A stretch of 58,513 bases of DNA from Octopus bimaculoides (taxonomy: Eukaryota), in contig NC_068985.1 of NCBI RefSeq assembly GCF_001194135.2, forward strand, positions 96,023,419 to 96,081,931. Direction: 5' to 3'. How positions within the stretch are numbered: the first letter of the stretch is position 1; every line of letters begins with the position of its first letter. Below, in pieces: positions 22,865 through 35,378 of this stretch. The notes beneath the pieces were generated by a model, which saw only the letters and a list, made by a program, of their open reading frames with translations, made no database searches and was not told where the DNA came from. A program made the translations under genes and the position numbers.

Positions 22865-23186
22865 GTGTAGACTATTTAGGATGTAAAGGGAGCTAATTTG
22901 AAATTGTATTGTTAGTCTTCATGTAGGTAGGAGGGCTCTGAAAGGGTCTCGGGGAGTAGAGTCCCAGCCTTCCTGAGCTGGTTTTTCACCACATTTGTTA
23001 AAAATTGGGACCACTCATATCTAGAAACTGAGGTTGGGGGTAAGCAAGGGCATGCTCCCTGTAGAAAATCCATCTCCAAAAAAGCCTCATGATAGCAAAG
23101 GAGAATGGTCACCAGCCAGCCCAAAGGTTGGGGTGGGCTGCACCTGCCTACCTCAGTTGCTATGGCATTGAGGTAGATCCAGCCAC

Positions 23187-23866
23187 GGATCTATTTCAAA
23201 ACGGGGGCACCAGTTTTCATTTATGTTTTATGTAGTGTTTTTGGTACCGAAAGACTTTCAAACTTCGTATACTTATCTAATTTGTGTTATAGAACAGAAA
23301 AAAATTTTGTATTCGAATTTATTTCATGTAAAANNNNNNNNNNNNNNNNNNNNNNNNNNNNNNNNNNNNNNNNNNNNNNNNNNNNNNNNNNNNNNNNNNN
23401 NNNNNNNNNNNNNNNNNNNNNNNNNNNNNNNNNNNNNNNNNNNNNNNNNNNNNNNNNNNNNNNNNNNNNNNNNNNNNNNNNNNNNNNNNNNNNNNNNNNN
23501 NNNNNNNNNNNNNNNNNNNNNNNNNNNNNNNNNNNNNNNNNNNNNNNNNNNNNNNNNNNNNNNNNNNNNNNNNNNNNNNNNNNNNNNNNNNNNNNNNNNN
23601 NNNNNNNNNNNNNNNNNNNNNNNNNNNNNNAACATTTTTATGACCGCCCAGCAGTAACTCTATTCAGCTGAATAGACGTCAGTGATTGGTTGAAATTACA
23701 GAAATACAACTTTAACATGGAATAACTTGCGAATTCCTTTTTGTGTTAAGAAGACTAAGAGTAAAAGATGTTTTATATGACACATTCTACCAGTGTCCCA
23801 AGTTTCAAAGTGTTTCGTTAGTGTTTCGTTAAGAAAATACTGGTGCCCCCGTTTTGAAATAGATCC
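23187..23866 (-). mobile_element. GGATC TIR element copy 3 (subfamily B, reversed, centre in the N gap)
   Basis: 28-bp perfect TIRs ggatctatttcaaaacgggggcaccagt. TSD ccagccac/ccagccat (7/8). Confidence 0.9.
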
Positions 23867-24134
23867 CCAGCCATCCCTATCAACGGGGACAAAAGCCGGA
23901 TTTAAAACACTGGATGATGATGATTGTTGTTCTTAATGCTACCTGTGTTATTTGTAAACCAGGTGGTGTTAAGTGTATGGAAGTCTCTAATGTTCTGGGA
24001 GTGTTGAAGTGTGTGACTGTGTGATAGTAACTGGTTTAAAATATTTTCTGTTTCATTACTTTAATTGTTTATGGTACTTTAATTAATTGTGGCTGACTTG
24101 AATATTTTCGTTCAGTTATTCCATTTCTTTTTTT

Positions 24135-24500
24135 ATTCTTGTACTTGTTTCTGTCATTTGACTGCAGCCATGCTGGAGCACCACTTTTAGACAAACAAAT
24201 CGATCCCAAAACTTATTCTTTGTAAGCCTAGTACTTATTCTATTAATCTCTTTTGCCTAACCACTAAGTTATGGGGACGTAAACACACCAACATCAGTTG
24301 ACAAGCAATGGTGGGGGGGACAAGCACACACTCAAATACATACACATATAGTATATATATACATACACACACGACGGGCTTCTTTCAGTTTCCGTCTATC
24401 AAATCTTCTCACAAGGCCTTAGTCGGCCCAAGGCTATAGTAGAAGACACTTGCCCAAGGTGCTATGCAGTGGGACTGAACCTGGAACGATGTGGTGAAAG
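24135..24500 (-). mobile_element. SINE family A
   Basis: Reverse complement of the family A body and head. Confidence 0.7.
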
Positions 24501-25079
24501 CCAAATTAGACTGGGCTCTGGAGCAACTCCCCAGCTTGTCAGTACTTGTCAAACGGTCCAACCCATGCCAGCATGGACAACGGACATTGAATGATGACGA
24601 TGATTCAAGGGAGATTTGGTTGCTATTTCTAGCAAACTCAGTGACTAAACAAAGGCTCCCTAGTTAACTTGTGGTTCTTTTTGTAGTACGGCGGTAGTGT
24701 TGTCGTATGGTGTTGGTTGTAGTGTTGTGAATGACATTGTTGTACATGTGATGTGTTTGCAGTCTGTGGTGGCTGTCTCTCTCACCGTAGCAACAGATCA
24801 TAATTGATAGCTTTTACACGCAGTTGATCTATCACACATTCACAGTATAGCAGTCAAACACACACACACACAGTCACACACACACACGCAGTTACACGCA
24901 CACAGTCTCACACACACACACACACACACGTGCTGTAAATAAAGACTCACCCTTATATAATCTGACACTCATATACTCACAGTGGCACTGTTCAAACGAT
25001 ATTATTTAAACACACCCACACTGGTGCTGATATCCTCTGTATACATAGCAACAGACGCACACACTGGTGTACTCCTACC

Positions 25080-25889
25080 GGATCTATTTCAAAACGGAGG
25101 CACCAGTATTTTCTTAACGAAACACTAACGAAACACTTTGAAACTTGGGACGCTGGTAGAATGTGTCATATAAAACATCTTTTACTCTTAGTCTTCTTAA
25201 CAAAAAAACGTACATCGCAAGTTATTCCATGTTAAAGTTGTCGTATTTCTGTAATTTCAACCAATCACTGACGTCTATTCAGCTGAATAGAGTTACTGCT
25301 AGGCGGTCATAAAAATGTTATTCCCTGTAACATATTTCATCCGGTTTAATCGTAATTTATGCGCATGTATTGTTTATATAATAAATTACGCTGTGCGTAT
25401 CTATGTGTGTAACAATTTTAGAGTTCGGATTCTAGAGTTAGGGTTAGTTTTAGGGTTAGGGTTAAGTCTGGTTAGGGTTAGGGGATTAANNNNNNNNNNN
25501 NNNNNNNNNNNNNNNNNNNGGGGATTAATACGATATACACCGTTACAGCGCTAACTGTTTTCAACTGAATAGACGTCAGTGATTTGTAGAAATTATCGAA
25601 ATAAGACAATTTTTTACATGAAATAAATTCGAATACAAAAATTTTTTTCTGTTCTATAACCCTAACCCTATTCCTAACCCTAACCCTAAACACGTATTCA
25701 TTTGCACACGCGGGTTAGGGATAGACCACACAAGACTAGCTAGCGCGGACACGCGACTGCACGTTCGGGTCCGCGCTGCTTTAGTAGTACCCAAAATAGA
25801 TAAGTATACGAAGTTTGAAAGTCTTTCGGTACCAAAAACACTACATAAAACATAAACGAAAACTGGTGCCCCTGTTTTGAAATAGATCC
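25080..25889 (+). mobile_element. GGATC TIR element copy 4 (subfamily B) with degenerate TTAGGG core and an extra ~130-bp insertion
   Basis: TIRs ggatctatttcaaaac(g/a)g(a/g)ggcaccagt. Probable TSD ctcctacc/ctgatacc (6/8). TTAGGG-like tract at ~25436-25488. Confidence 0.88.
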
Positions 25890-26352
25890 CTGATACCTTT
25901 CTCTCTCTCTCTCATCGTTTACTGGTTCCAGTCATTAGACTGCGGCCATGCTGGGGCGCTGACTTGAAGAATTTTAATGGTACTTATTATTTTTAAGCCT
26001 GGTCTTTTTTGCTGAACTTCTAAGCTATGGGGACATAAACACACTGACACTAGTTTTCAAGTAGTGGTGGTGGTGGAAACAGACACACACACACACACAC
26101 ACACAGATATATATGTATACAACCAGCTTCCACATAGTTTCTGTTTACGAAATCTACTCACAAGGTTTTGGTCAGCCCGAGGCTATAAAAAGAACACTTA
26201 GCCAGGGTGCCACCCTGTGGGACCGAACCTGGAACCACGTAGTTGCAAAGCAAACATATTACCACACAGCCATGTTGTGTACACACACACACACACACAC
26301 ACACACTCCTCCTCCCATGTAGTGAGTGACTGTGACCTGCACACTTACACAA

Positions 26353-26385
<33 letters not shown>

Positions 26386-26489
26386 TGTGCACACATGTAT
26401 ACAAATACATACACTGGTGTACTGTTCACTTACATATACACACACACATTGCTGCTGATTTTCTCCTATACACCCAGTCGCTGGTATTT

Positions 26490-26910
26490 TTTTATTCTTT
26501 TACTTGTTTCAGTCATTTGACTGTGGCCATGCTGGAGCACCATCTTAAAGGGGGATTTTTGGTCGAAGAACTTGACTCCAGGACTTATTCTTTGCAAGCC
26601 TGGTACTTATTCCATTGGTCTCTTTTGCCAAACTGCTAAGTTACGAGGACGTAAACACACCAACATCAGTTGTGAAGCAATGGTGGTGGGGGACAAACGA
26701 GGACACACACACACACACACATACACATATATACATATACATACAACAGGCTTCTTACAGTTTTCGCCTACCAAATCCACTCACAAGGCTTTGGTCGGCC
26801 CAAGGCTACAACAGAAGACACTTGCTCAAGGTGCCACACAGTGGGACTGAACCCAGAACCATGTGGTTGGTTAAGCAAGCTTCTTATCACACAGCCACAT
26901 TTGCGCCTTC
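26490..26910 (-). mobile_element. SINE family A
   Basis: Near full-length reverse-complement copy. Confidence 0.75.
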
Positions 26911-26914
26911 TATA

Positions 26915-27033
26915 TACATCCACTGGTGTGGTGATATCATCTATATAACATCTGGTAGTATGGTGATGATCTCTATAAACGCTCACTTGTATAGTGATAT
27001 CATTTGTGTACATTCATTATTGCAGTAGTTTCC

Positions 27034-27080
<47 letters not shown>

Positions 27081-27290
27081 CCACTCGTGAAATATCTTTT
27101 ATGTACATATATTGTTGTGATATCGCCTATATATCCCCACTTTTGCAGTGATATCATCTGTGTACATCTACAGCTGTACTGACGTCCTCTATATACACCC
27201 ACTCATATAGTGATTTCATCAACATACATTCACTGGTGTGGTGATATCCTTTGCATATGCAAAGTCTGCTGATATCATTTGTCTGCACCA
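26915..27290. repeat. Degenerate minisatellite, ~30-35-bp unit with a gtgatatc core
   Basis: Repeated cactggtgtggtgatatc(a/c)t...tatacac units. Confidence 0.6.
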
Positions 27291-27929
27291 CGTGGATGTA
27301 CGCAGCTAGGCTGTTCCATCAATTACTCTTCCACCCTACTACTGTCACTGAAGTGAAACTGTCTGATGCGTCAAGTCACCATGGAGATGGTGCAAGTTGG
27401 TCTGCATTTCTCTGGATTTTTAACGATAATTGGTGTGGGTGGTGGTGGTGGTGGTGAGTGGTGCAATGATTGTAATGGTAGTAGTATAAGGGCGATGGTG
27501 TTGTGGCTGTGGTTTGTAGTAGTGGTGGTGATGGTGGTGGTGGTGTTACATAAGTTGTGACAGTAGTTAAAGCAGCAGTGGTTTTGGTGCTAGTACAGTG
27601 GTGGTAATGTGGTTGTAGTGTAGTAGTGGCATTATGGTAATGGTGTTGTAGTAGGAGTGGTGGTTGTATTCTATGGTGTAGTTTTGTAGTGGTTAAAGTG
27701 ATTGTGGTATATTGATGGTGGTGGTGTTTCACCCCAGGTCAACTCCCATTAAGCTGACCTGTACCCAAAGGCATTCCACCCATGCCCATCCCGTCTTTTT
27801 CCCATATTCAGAACACACATTATCCAAAGTATCTTTTTTTTTTTTTAAGATGATGGAAATATGATTTGAGAGGGATTAGGTTGCTATTTTTAGCAGGTAG
27901 GATGACCACATACGGGTGCTATCTTGATC

Positions 27930-28335
27930 TTCTGTTTCAGTTATTGGACTGTGTCCATACTGGGGCACTGTCTTGAACGGTTTAGTTGAGCAAATCAACC
28001 CCAATACTCATCTGTCTGTAACCCTGGTACTTATTCTGTTGGTCACTTTTATCAAACTCTTAAGTCACTGGGACATAAACAAACCAACACCAGTTGTGAA
28101 GTGGTGATGGGTGGGATAAACATGGGTGGGATAAACACACACATTAATACACATAGACACACACACACACTCTTATGTATATAGATATGGGCTTCTTTCA
28201 GTTTCCATCTCCCAAATCCACATGCAAAGCTTTGGTCAGCCCGAAGCTCTAGTTAGAAGACACTTGCCCAAGGTGCCATGCAGTGGGACTGAACCTGGAA
28301 CCATGTGGTTGGGAGGCAAACTTATCACACAAACA
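27930..28335 (-). mobile_element. SINE family A
   Basis: Reverse-complement copy. Confidence 0.7.
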
Positions 28336-28569
28336 TGTCTTTATCTATTAATTACTTGAATAATCCCAGGTGTTTAAAATGTTTCATCCCCCTATGGATA
28401 GTAAGAAACTCTAGGGAGAACTGAACAGCAGAAGGTCTTCCGAAAAGAAACTCCCTTCATGCAACCATGTCAGTCCTTAACTCCTTACATTTTTAAAAAG
28501 AGTCCTAGCTGTACCTAGGTCATAACACATAGATACCCCTCTGTTTCCACATTTTTTACTATCGCCTAC

Positions 28570-28830
28570 ATCGAGCGTGATCGTTACCAGTGCCGCCTGC
28601 CTAGCTCCCGTGCTGGTGGCATGTAAAAAGCACCATTTGAGCGTGGTCATTGTCAGTGCCGCCTGACTGGCTCCTGTGCTGGTGGTATGTAAAAAGCAAG
28701 GGCATCCAGCTGTAGAAACCTTGCCAGATCAGATTGGAGCCTCGTGCAGCCTCCTGGCTTGCCAATTCTCAGTCAAACCGACTGACCCATGCTAGCATGG
28801 AAAGCACATGTTAAACAACAATGATGATGG
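28570..28830 (+). mobile_element. Short retroelement with (GAT)n tail (family E, RTE-type 3' end)
   Basis: aagggcatccagctgtagaaaccttgccagatcagattggagcc...cccatgctagcatggaaag...gatgatg. Recurs at 41745, 48985 and 52855. Confidence 0.7.
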
Positions 28831-30199
28831 TGATGTGTATGCATGTAGATGTATTTGTGTGCACGTGTGGATATTTGTGTGTGTGGATGTGTTTGTGTGT
28901 ACTTGTGTGGATATTTGTGTGTGTGTGTATGTGTTATGACATTGCAACAATGTCTGGTATCTTCAGATTTCTTCATCAAATGTAATGCTTATTTATCCAT
29001 ATTGTTTAGAATTAATCATGCATTATCTCAAAGCTTTGAGACTTTCATGATGTGATTGTTTATTTTTAGAATGGCAATGTAAGGTAGATGTGAAAGCCAG
29101 ATCTAGTCAGTTTGACCATAAAATGGGTTGAATACTTTGGCCAGATATGGTCAGTTTAAATGCCATAAAAGTGTAATTTATAAACAACTCAAAACATGAA
29201 AAAAAACACTGTACAAAGCAACTCATTTCTTACAATATCTAATTTGACAAGATCTGTCATATTTCAAATTCTATTAGACTTTGTATGTGAAATGCCAATA
29301 ATCTGTTTTATGTCTCAGAATGGTAATGGTACCATAGCAGCCATTCTGTGGCATTGATATTTTTGTAATATTTGTTTGTTCCACCATAATTTTAGAAGAA
29401 GTACAACTCGGTGGCAGCACTAATTATGAGATGCAAATTAACAAAAGATTAATGTTCACAACTAGAAATCATGCCTGGAAGAATTATTAACCAATTTTGG
29501 TTTAATGTAGTTAACAGTAACACTGTTGCCAGGCATGGCTGTGTGGTTGAGAGGTCTGTTTTCCAATCACATGGTTTCAGGTTCAGTCCCACTGCGTGCT
29601 ATTATTGGCAAGTGTCTTCTGCTATAGCCACGGGCCAACAAAAGCTTTGTGAATGGATGTGTGTGTTTGTGCCATTTTGTCTTGGCATCACATGATAGAT
29701 GCAAATTAGCATCACTGTTATAAAAACGGTGTCACCCATTTCCAATATTCTGTGACATGTCTGACCTTGGGGAAATATTAGCTTCCTTGGAAACAGGTGG
29801 GGGCTGGTGACAAGAAGGGCCCCTGACTTTAGAAAACCTGCCTCAATAGACTGTCTGACCCATGCAAACATAGAACAGTTGATGTTAATATGATGATGAT
29901 GACTGACAAAATGAGGAAGTCTTCAAAATGTCCCAACCGAACTGCAGTGACCCTGGCACTGTGACTGCTAGTAATGTTGGCCAGAATCAACAGTCTGTAC
30001 TAATGGACATCAAAGCTAGAATAATCTGGCAGACTTTAGGTATATTCATAGAACTGTAAATTATTTTGTGAATCCTGTCACTGATATATTTACACCAATA
30101 ATGCTCAAGATTTCTGGGCATGTATATACATTGACCGATCAATTATAAAACCGAATCAACCACAATCATAAAGTGGTTGCATGTGAGTGAGGCATGGAA

Positions 30200-30385
30200 T
30201 CATTGTCATCATCACTGTAGTCATCTTTGTCATCCTCATTGTTGTCTTCATCATTGTCTTTGTCTTCTTCGTCATCATCGTCGTCATTGTCGTTGTCAAC
30301 GTCGTCGTCATCGTCGTCATCGTCGTCGTCATCATCGTCGCCGTCGTCAACGTCATCGTCATCATCATCTTCAACTTCAACATTG
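30200..30385. repeat. Degenerate (CAT/CGT)n trinucleotide tract
   Basis: Direct reading. It explains the poly-D/T/H ORFs. Confidence 0.9.
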
Positions 30386-30956
30386 TTGTAGTCATTTAAC
30401 ATCCGTTTTCCATGCTCTCTTGGATGGGATTGTTTGACAGGAGGCAACAAGCTAGAAGACTGTAGCAATCTCTGTTTGCTTTGGCATGGTTTTCTATGGC
30501 TGGATGCCCTTCCTAATGCCAACCACTTTATAGAATGGACTGGGTATTTTTTATGCAGCACCAGCCAAAAATGTCCAAAAATTTCAGTTGGCTGATCTTA
30601 ATGGTGTTATTTCTTTTGCGTTGTTTTTAGATTTTAACTCTTTTGATACCAACCTGGCTGAAACTACCCCTGGCTCCATAATACAAATGTCTTGTTTTCA
30701 AAAGTTCTGAATTAAAACCTTAGTCACAATTTATGCTTATATATACCCCTGGTTGCGAAAGCCCAACCAGTAGTATATATGGGTTAACTGGTTAAAAATT
30801 CATAAAGAGAAAAGGATGTAAGTAGGTCCCTTTACACTGAGTTCCATTCTTATCCTTGTAGGATCGATAATATATTCCTCAGGTGTGTAAAAGCGTCAGT
30901 TTAATCAATTATAACTTGAATCTTGTCAAAACAGGTGACGTTGTACATCTATAAAT

Positions 30957-32380
30957 TGTGGTTAAGACAGCGGACTCGCTGTCATAGGATCGCGGTTTCG
31001 ATTCCCAAACCTGGCCTTGTGAGTGTTTATTGAGCAAATACACTTGTAGTGAAACCTCTCTCTCTCTCGGGCATTCAATCACAAATGATAACGAAGCTAC
31101 TAACATCTAGCCTTCGGCTACCTTGGTCCCTTCTGTCCATCATCCTGATTGGTTCTTATTTTGCGCGGCAATTGGCCCCATGTTCTGCTTGCTAAGGGAG
31201 CATTACAACCAATCGTGGCTTTGGGATAAGGTCACGTGAGATAGTTTTTCTGGGTTTCCGGTGAGGACGGCAATCGTCTTCGATTTCAGATCTCTCACAG
31301 GCCTGGTCGTTGACCACACACATATACAGAACACAGCTACAACCAGTTCCAGCGCCGACGTCTTCACCACCAATGTACTGTCTACCATGGTCGTCGCCAG
31401 CAACACCAACATCAACAAGCGCGGTTTTATCTTCACTGTATGAGTGGAGTTTCCACTCACGAACAACAGTCAGAACTAACCAGCAAGAATATTCCGTATC
31501 AGGTAACACGGTCACAGCATTCGATGCTCAACACACACAGTGTGATACTCACAGCTCTGCTACTTGGCCACAACTTCCTGCGTATGAACATTCTAAATCT
31601 TGTGTAACTCTTATACGAACTGGTTTTTCTCTCTTTTCAGTGTTTGAAGACTTTTTACAGTCTATGTTGCAAACACGCTTTCTATGTTCTGTGTTGCTGT
31701 TACTCACACGCACACTTGTACTCTCACATATTATACACACACTATTGTTTATACGACTGTCCGTCACTTCACATTGTTGTATACATTCTCTTGTACACGA
31801 AGGCCTGACTTATCTACTGTGTTAATTTTATATGTCGCATGCACGCGCACACAGACACAAACGGTTTCACTTTGTTAATAAATTTATTCTCATTACATAT
31901 CTAACGGTTGAGTTTATCCTAAGTTCTTTTACTGGCACCACGGCTCGTATCTCACGATGAGCCTTCTATCTTATATATATCTTGTATTTTGTGTTCGACC
32001 GTGCGACATGGTAAAAATGGAGCCTTTACCGTCTGCGTCGCCATCTCCTTTGGTTCGCACGGTCGAAGTATTACACACNNNNNNNNNNNNNNNNNNNNNN
32101 NNNNNNCACTTAAGGCTCCATGAGGCTCTGGTAGGGGGGGGGGGGCGAACCCTGCCGTACTCATTCACCACAACTTTCTCTCACTCTTTCCTGTTTCTGT
32201 TGTACCTGTATTTCAAAGGGGCCGGCCTTGTCACACTCTGTGTCTGAATCTCCCCGAGAACTACGTTAAGGATACACGTGTCTGTGGAGTGCTCAGCCAC
32301 TTGCACGTCAATTTCAAGAGCAGGCTGTTCCGTTGATCCAATCAGCTGGAACCCTCGTCGTCATAACCGACGGAGTGCCA
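30957..32380 (+). mobile_element. SINE family C interrupted by a solo LTR
   Basis: The SINE breaks at ...gagcaaatacact and resumes cacttaaggctccatgagg at 32107. Confidence 0.8.
31045..32075. mobile_element. Solo LTR (Ty3/Gypsy-like), 1031 bp
   Basis: Termini TGTAGT...ATTACA. cact precedes it (31041-31044). cac follows it, and cact follows the 28-N gap. It contains CCAAT motifs, GTCACGTGA and AATAAA (31877). Confidence 0.7.
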
Positions 32381-34647
32381 CGATTATAAACTAGCATTGG
32401 TCTTACTTTAGCTTGCGATCTACCACTATCTGTAATCTACGCTGTGAAATGACTTGATCTGGGTTAAGATTAGGGTTTAGGTTAACGTTTAGGCTACACG
32501 CTTAAGTGTAAGTGACCAGGTAGACCGCACACTAAAGTGACACACCATTATTACACATCAACCGTACGAGCAATTTAAGAAAACAATATATTGTTTAGCC
32601 ACAGGTCAGATTTAAACATAATTGAATTAGCGTCAACGTGTTGTGTTGGTTATACGAACAAAGTTATCTCCCTTACTTCATTCAGAAACCTTTATCAGTT
32701 TTTATGTTGTGTTGTGCTATTTAACATCAGCCATTGTTGTTATCGACAATGGCTGTACACAACTGATAACAACATTGCTGGATGTTGAATCTCACCGTTT
32801 TGAAAGATTTATCCTGGTAGTTTGAAAATATTGACTAAAACCAAGCGAAAACTAATCACTGTGGAATAATTCTCCATTTAAGTTATATTATCAAGGGAAG
32901 TAACCTACGTGTACAGCACTATCCAAGGGAAGTAACTCTAGAATAATTTTTATTTCGTTCATTGACTGCGCGAATATTTTGTTCACAGCGAAATAGGACT
33001 GACGAATGGAGACGGCAGTGTTGAATACATGTTTAAATCTTGCAGGAATTCATTTCCTCTGATGTTCTATCGAGGTTAAATAAATCAAATACAAGTCATG
33101 TCCTGATGTCAATTTAATTGGGAATTTCTCTCGTTAAAATATATGAGAAAATAATGAAAAAATAGGCAAACATTTTATTATTACCATTTCTTATAGAAAA
33201 GACAAATATTTATATAAATTTCTAGAACATATTGTTCATTATGAAGATCTCCTTTTCGTTTTGTCTCTCATCATCACCATTTTAAGAGGCATTTCTTTAG
33301 AATACAAGAATATTTCATTGTGAGTATTTTATAAAATATGGTCTCACCAATTCCTTTTTGGTAATTAATGGGGCCCTGTTGATAGAATTTTCCATATTGA
33401 TACTTGCTCTCACAATAGTTGTCGTTTATCGTGGTGTGATATTAACACCATATTGCTATCATATAAAAGATCATCATCGTTTTGCATATGCCTAGTGTAC
33501 CCTTATCAGATGGGTAACCATGATGGGTATATTGGGCTTTGTATATTTGTACCCCCCAGCATCACTTTGTTGGTATTTGCTGCTCTCTCACTTAATGATG
33601 ATAATCACAATAACAATGAGTTATAATATAGACACGAGGCCAGAAATACCCATCAGTATACCCAACGTGATTACCCGTCTGATAAGGGAAGACAAGGCCA
33701 GAAATTGGAGGAGAGGGATCAGTCAATGTCATTAACCCCAGAACTTGGCTGTTGCTTTATCAAAACGAGAGGGATGAAAGGTGAAGTTGGCCATGGAAGG
33801 ATTTGAACCAGAGAAAATACTGCCAATTCACCGTCATTTGTGCATCAGATAAAATGCTATCCTTTTGGTTAGAGTTCAAATTATACTAAGGTCTACTGTG
33901 TTTTTCATCCTTTTGGGGTTGATAAAATAAATTTCTAGTTAAGTACTGGTATCAATGTAAATAACTTGTCCCCTCCCCTCAAAACTGCTGGCCTTGTACC
34001 AAAATTAGGAGTTGTTATTATTAAGGCAGCAAGCTTGCAGAATTGCTAGATCATCAGAAAAATGGCCTTGCAGTATTTCTTCTTTCTCTTTACAGTAGGA
34101 GTTCAAACACTGCTGAGGTCAACTTTACCAGTCATCCGTCTAAGGTCAATAAAATAAAGTGCCGGTCAAGTACTTGGGTCAATGGTATCAACTACCTTGC
34201 TCCCTTTAAAAATTTTAGGTTTTGTGTCTATATTAGAAACAGTTACTATTATTTATTATTAAGTGAGGAGTTGGCAAAAATGTTATCATTCTGGATAAAA
34301 TGCTGCCTGATTGGTAATATAACTGAAGTGAAACATAACCAGTGTGTGTCTTTCATTGATAGGATGACCCTCCCAAGATAGAACATCAATTTAAACCCTG
34401 CAAAAATAGACATAGTAGCGTGGGGTAGTTTTCTACCTGGCTGGTTCTGTCAAACCGTCCAACCCATGCCAGCATGGAAGGTGGATGATAAATGATGATG
34501 ATGATGACAATGATTTCTCATAAAAATTCTTGCAATACAAATACAAAAGCGATGGTTCACATTCATTTCTCTGTCTCAACTTGATTCTTGTTGTTCTTGC
34601 ATTTTCTTATGTAAAGTTTGTGACAGTCTTAGAAATGAGTTTGTCCT

Positions 34648-34782
34648 TTACACATTGGTACTCCGAGACTGTTGATTAGAAGGAAAATGAATAATAAATT
34701 CCTTATTGTTTTGTTTCACAATGAAGTCATGTTGACAAATTTCTGACTCTGATAAAATTGGTGAGGAAAATCTGGAGTCAAC
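34648..34782 (-). CDS. Ig-superfamily membrane protein, terminal coding exon (VDSRFSSPIL...QQSRSTNV*)
   Basis: Acceptor ctttatttcag. Phase 0 matches the upstream exon. 44 open codons to TAA at 34650-34648. Confidence 0.7.
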   Translation of the reverse strand, partial: VDSRFSSPILSESEICQHDFIVKQNNKEFIIHFPSNQQSRSTNV

Positions 34783-35346
34783 CTGAAATAAAGTAAACTT
34801 AGTGTTATACTTTCATATATACAAAATACATATTATTAACACATATTATTCTAACAGTATCATAAATAATATTTATAAATTTTGGTGGATGTTTAAAGAA
34901 AATGTGAGTGTGTGTGTGAGTGTGTATGTATGTGTATAATATATATATATATATATATATACATACATACATACATACATACATACATACACATACGAAA
35001 TGTTAGTGCCAAGCAGTGTTTAGGCATAAGCAAAATTCAGGTTGGTCAAAGTGCTTGTGGAACTCAGCCACTTTGCCTCTTTGAGGTCCAGTGCTTGAAA
35101 GGTGCTCTTTATATAAACACACACACACATGCTCATAAGAGATGCAAGCATGGCTTTGTAGTAGAAAGTTTGTTTCCTAATTAAAGGATATGGGGTTCAT
35201 TCCTGCTGCTTGGCACCTTGGGCAAGCGTCAACTATAATCCTGGGTTAACCAATGGCTTGTGAGTGAATTTGGAAGACAGAAACTGCACGACAAGTGGTA
35301 TTCCTAATTTTCAATCATAACCATACTGTAATCTCAAAACAAGGAG

Positions 35347-35378
<32 letters not shown>

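Noticed and set aside
24682-24981. Possible small LTR (tgtagt...aataaagactc...actcaca)
   Set aside because: There is no matching TSD, no second copy and no clear PBS, and the region is microsatellite-rich.
30156-30561. Acidic poly-Asp ORF and overlapping ORFs
   Set aside because: It is a degenerate trinucleotide tail of a retroelement copy.
32456-32500. Telomere-like tract gggttaagattagggtttaggttaacg
   Set aside because: It is too short and degenerate to assign, and no GGATC TIRs or TSDs are nearby.
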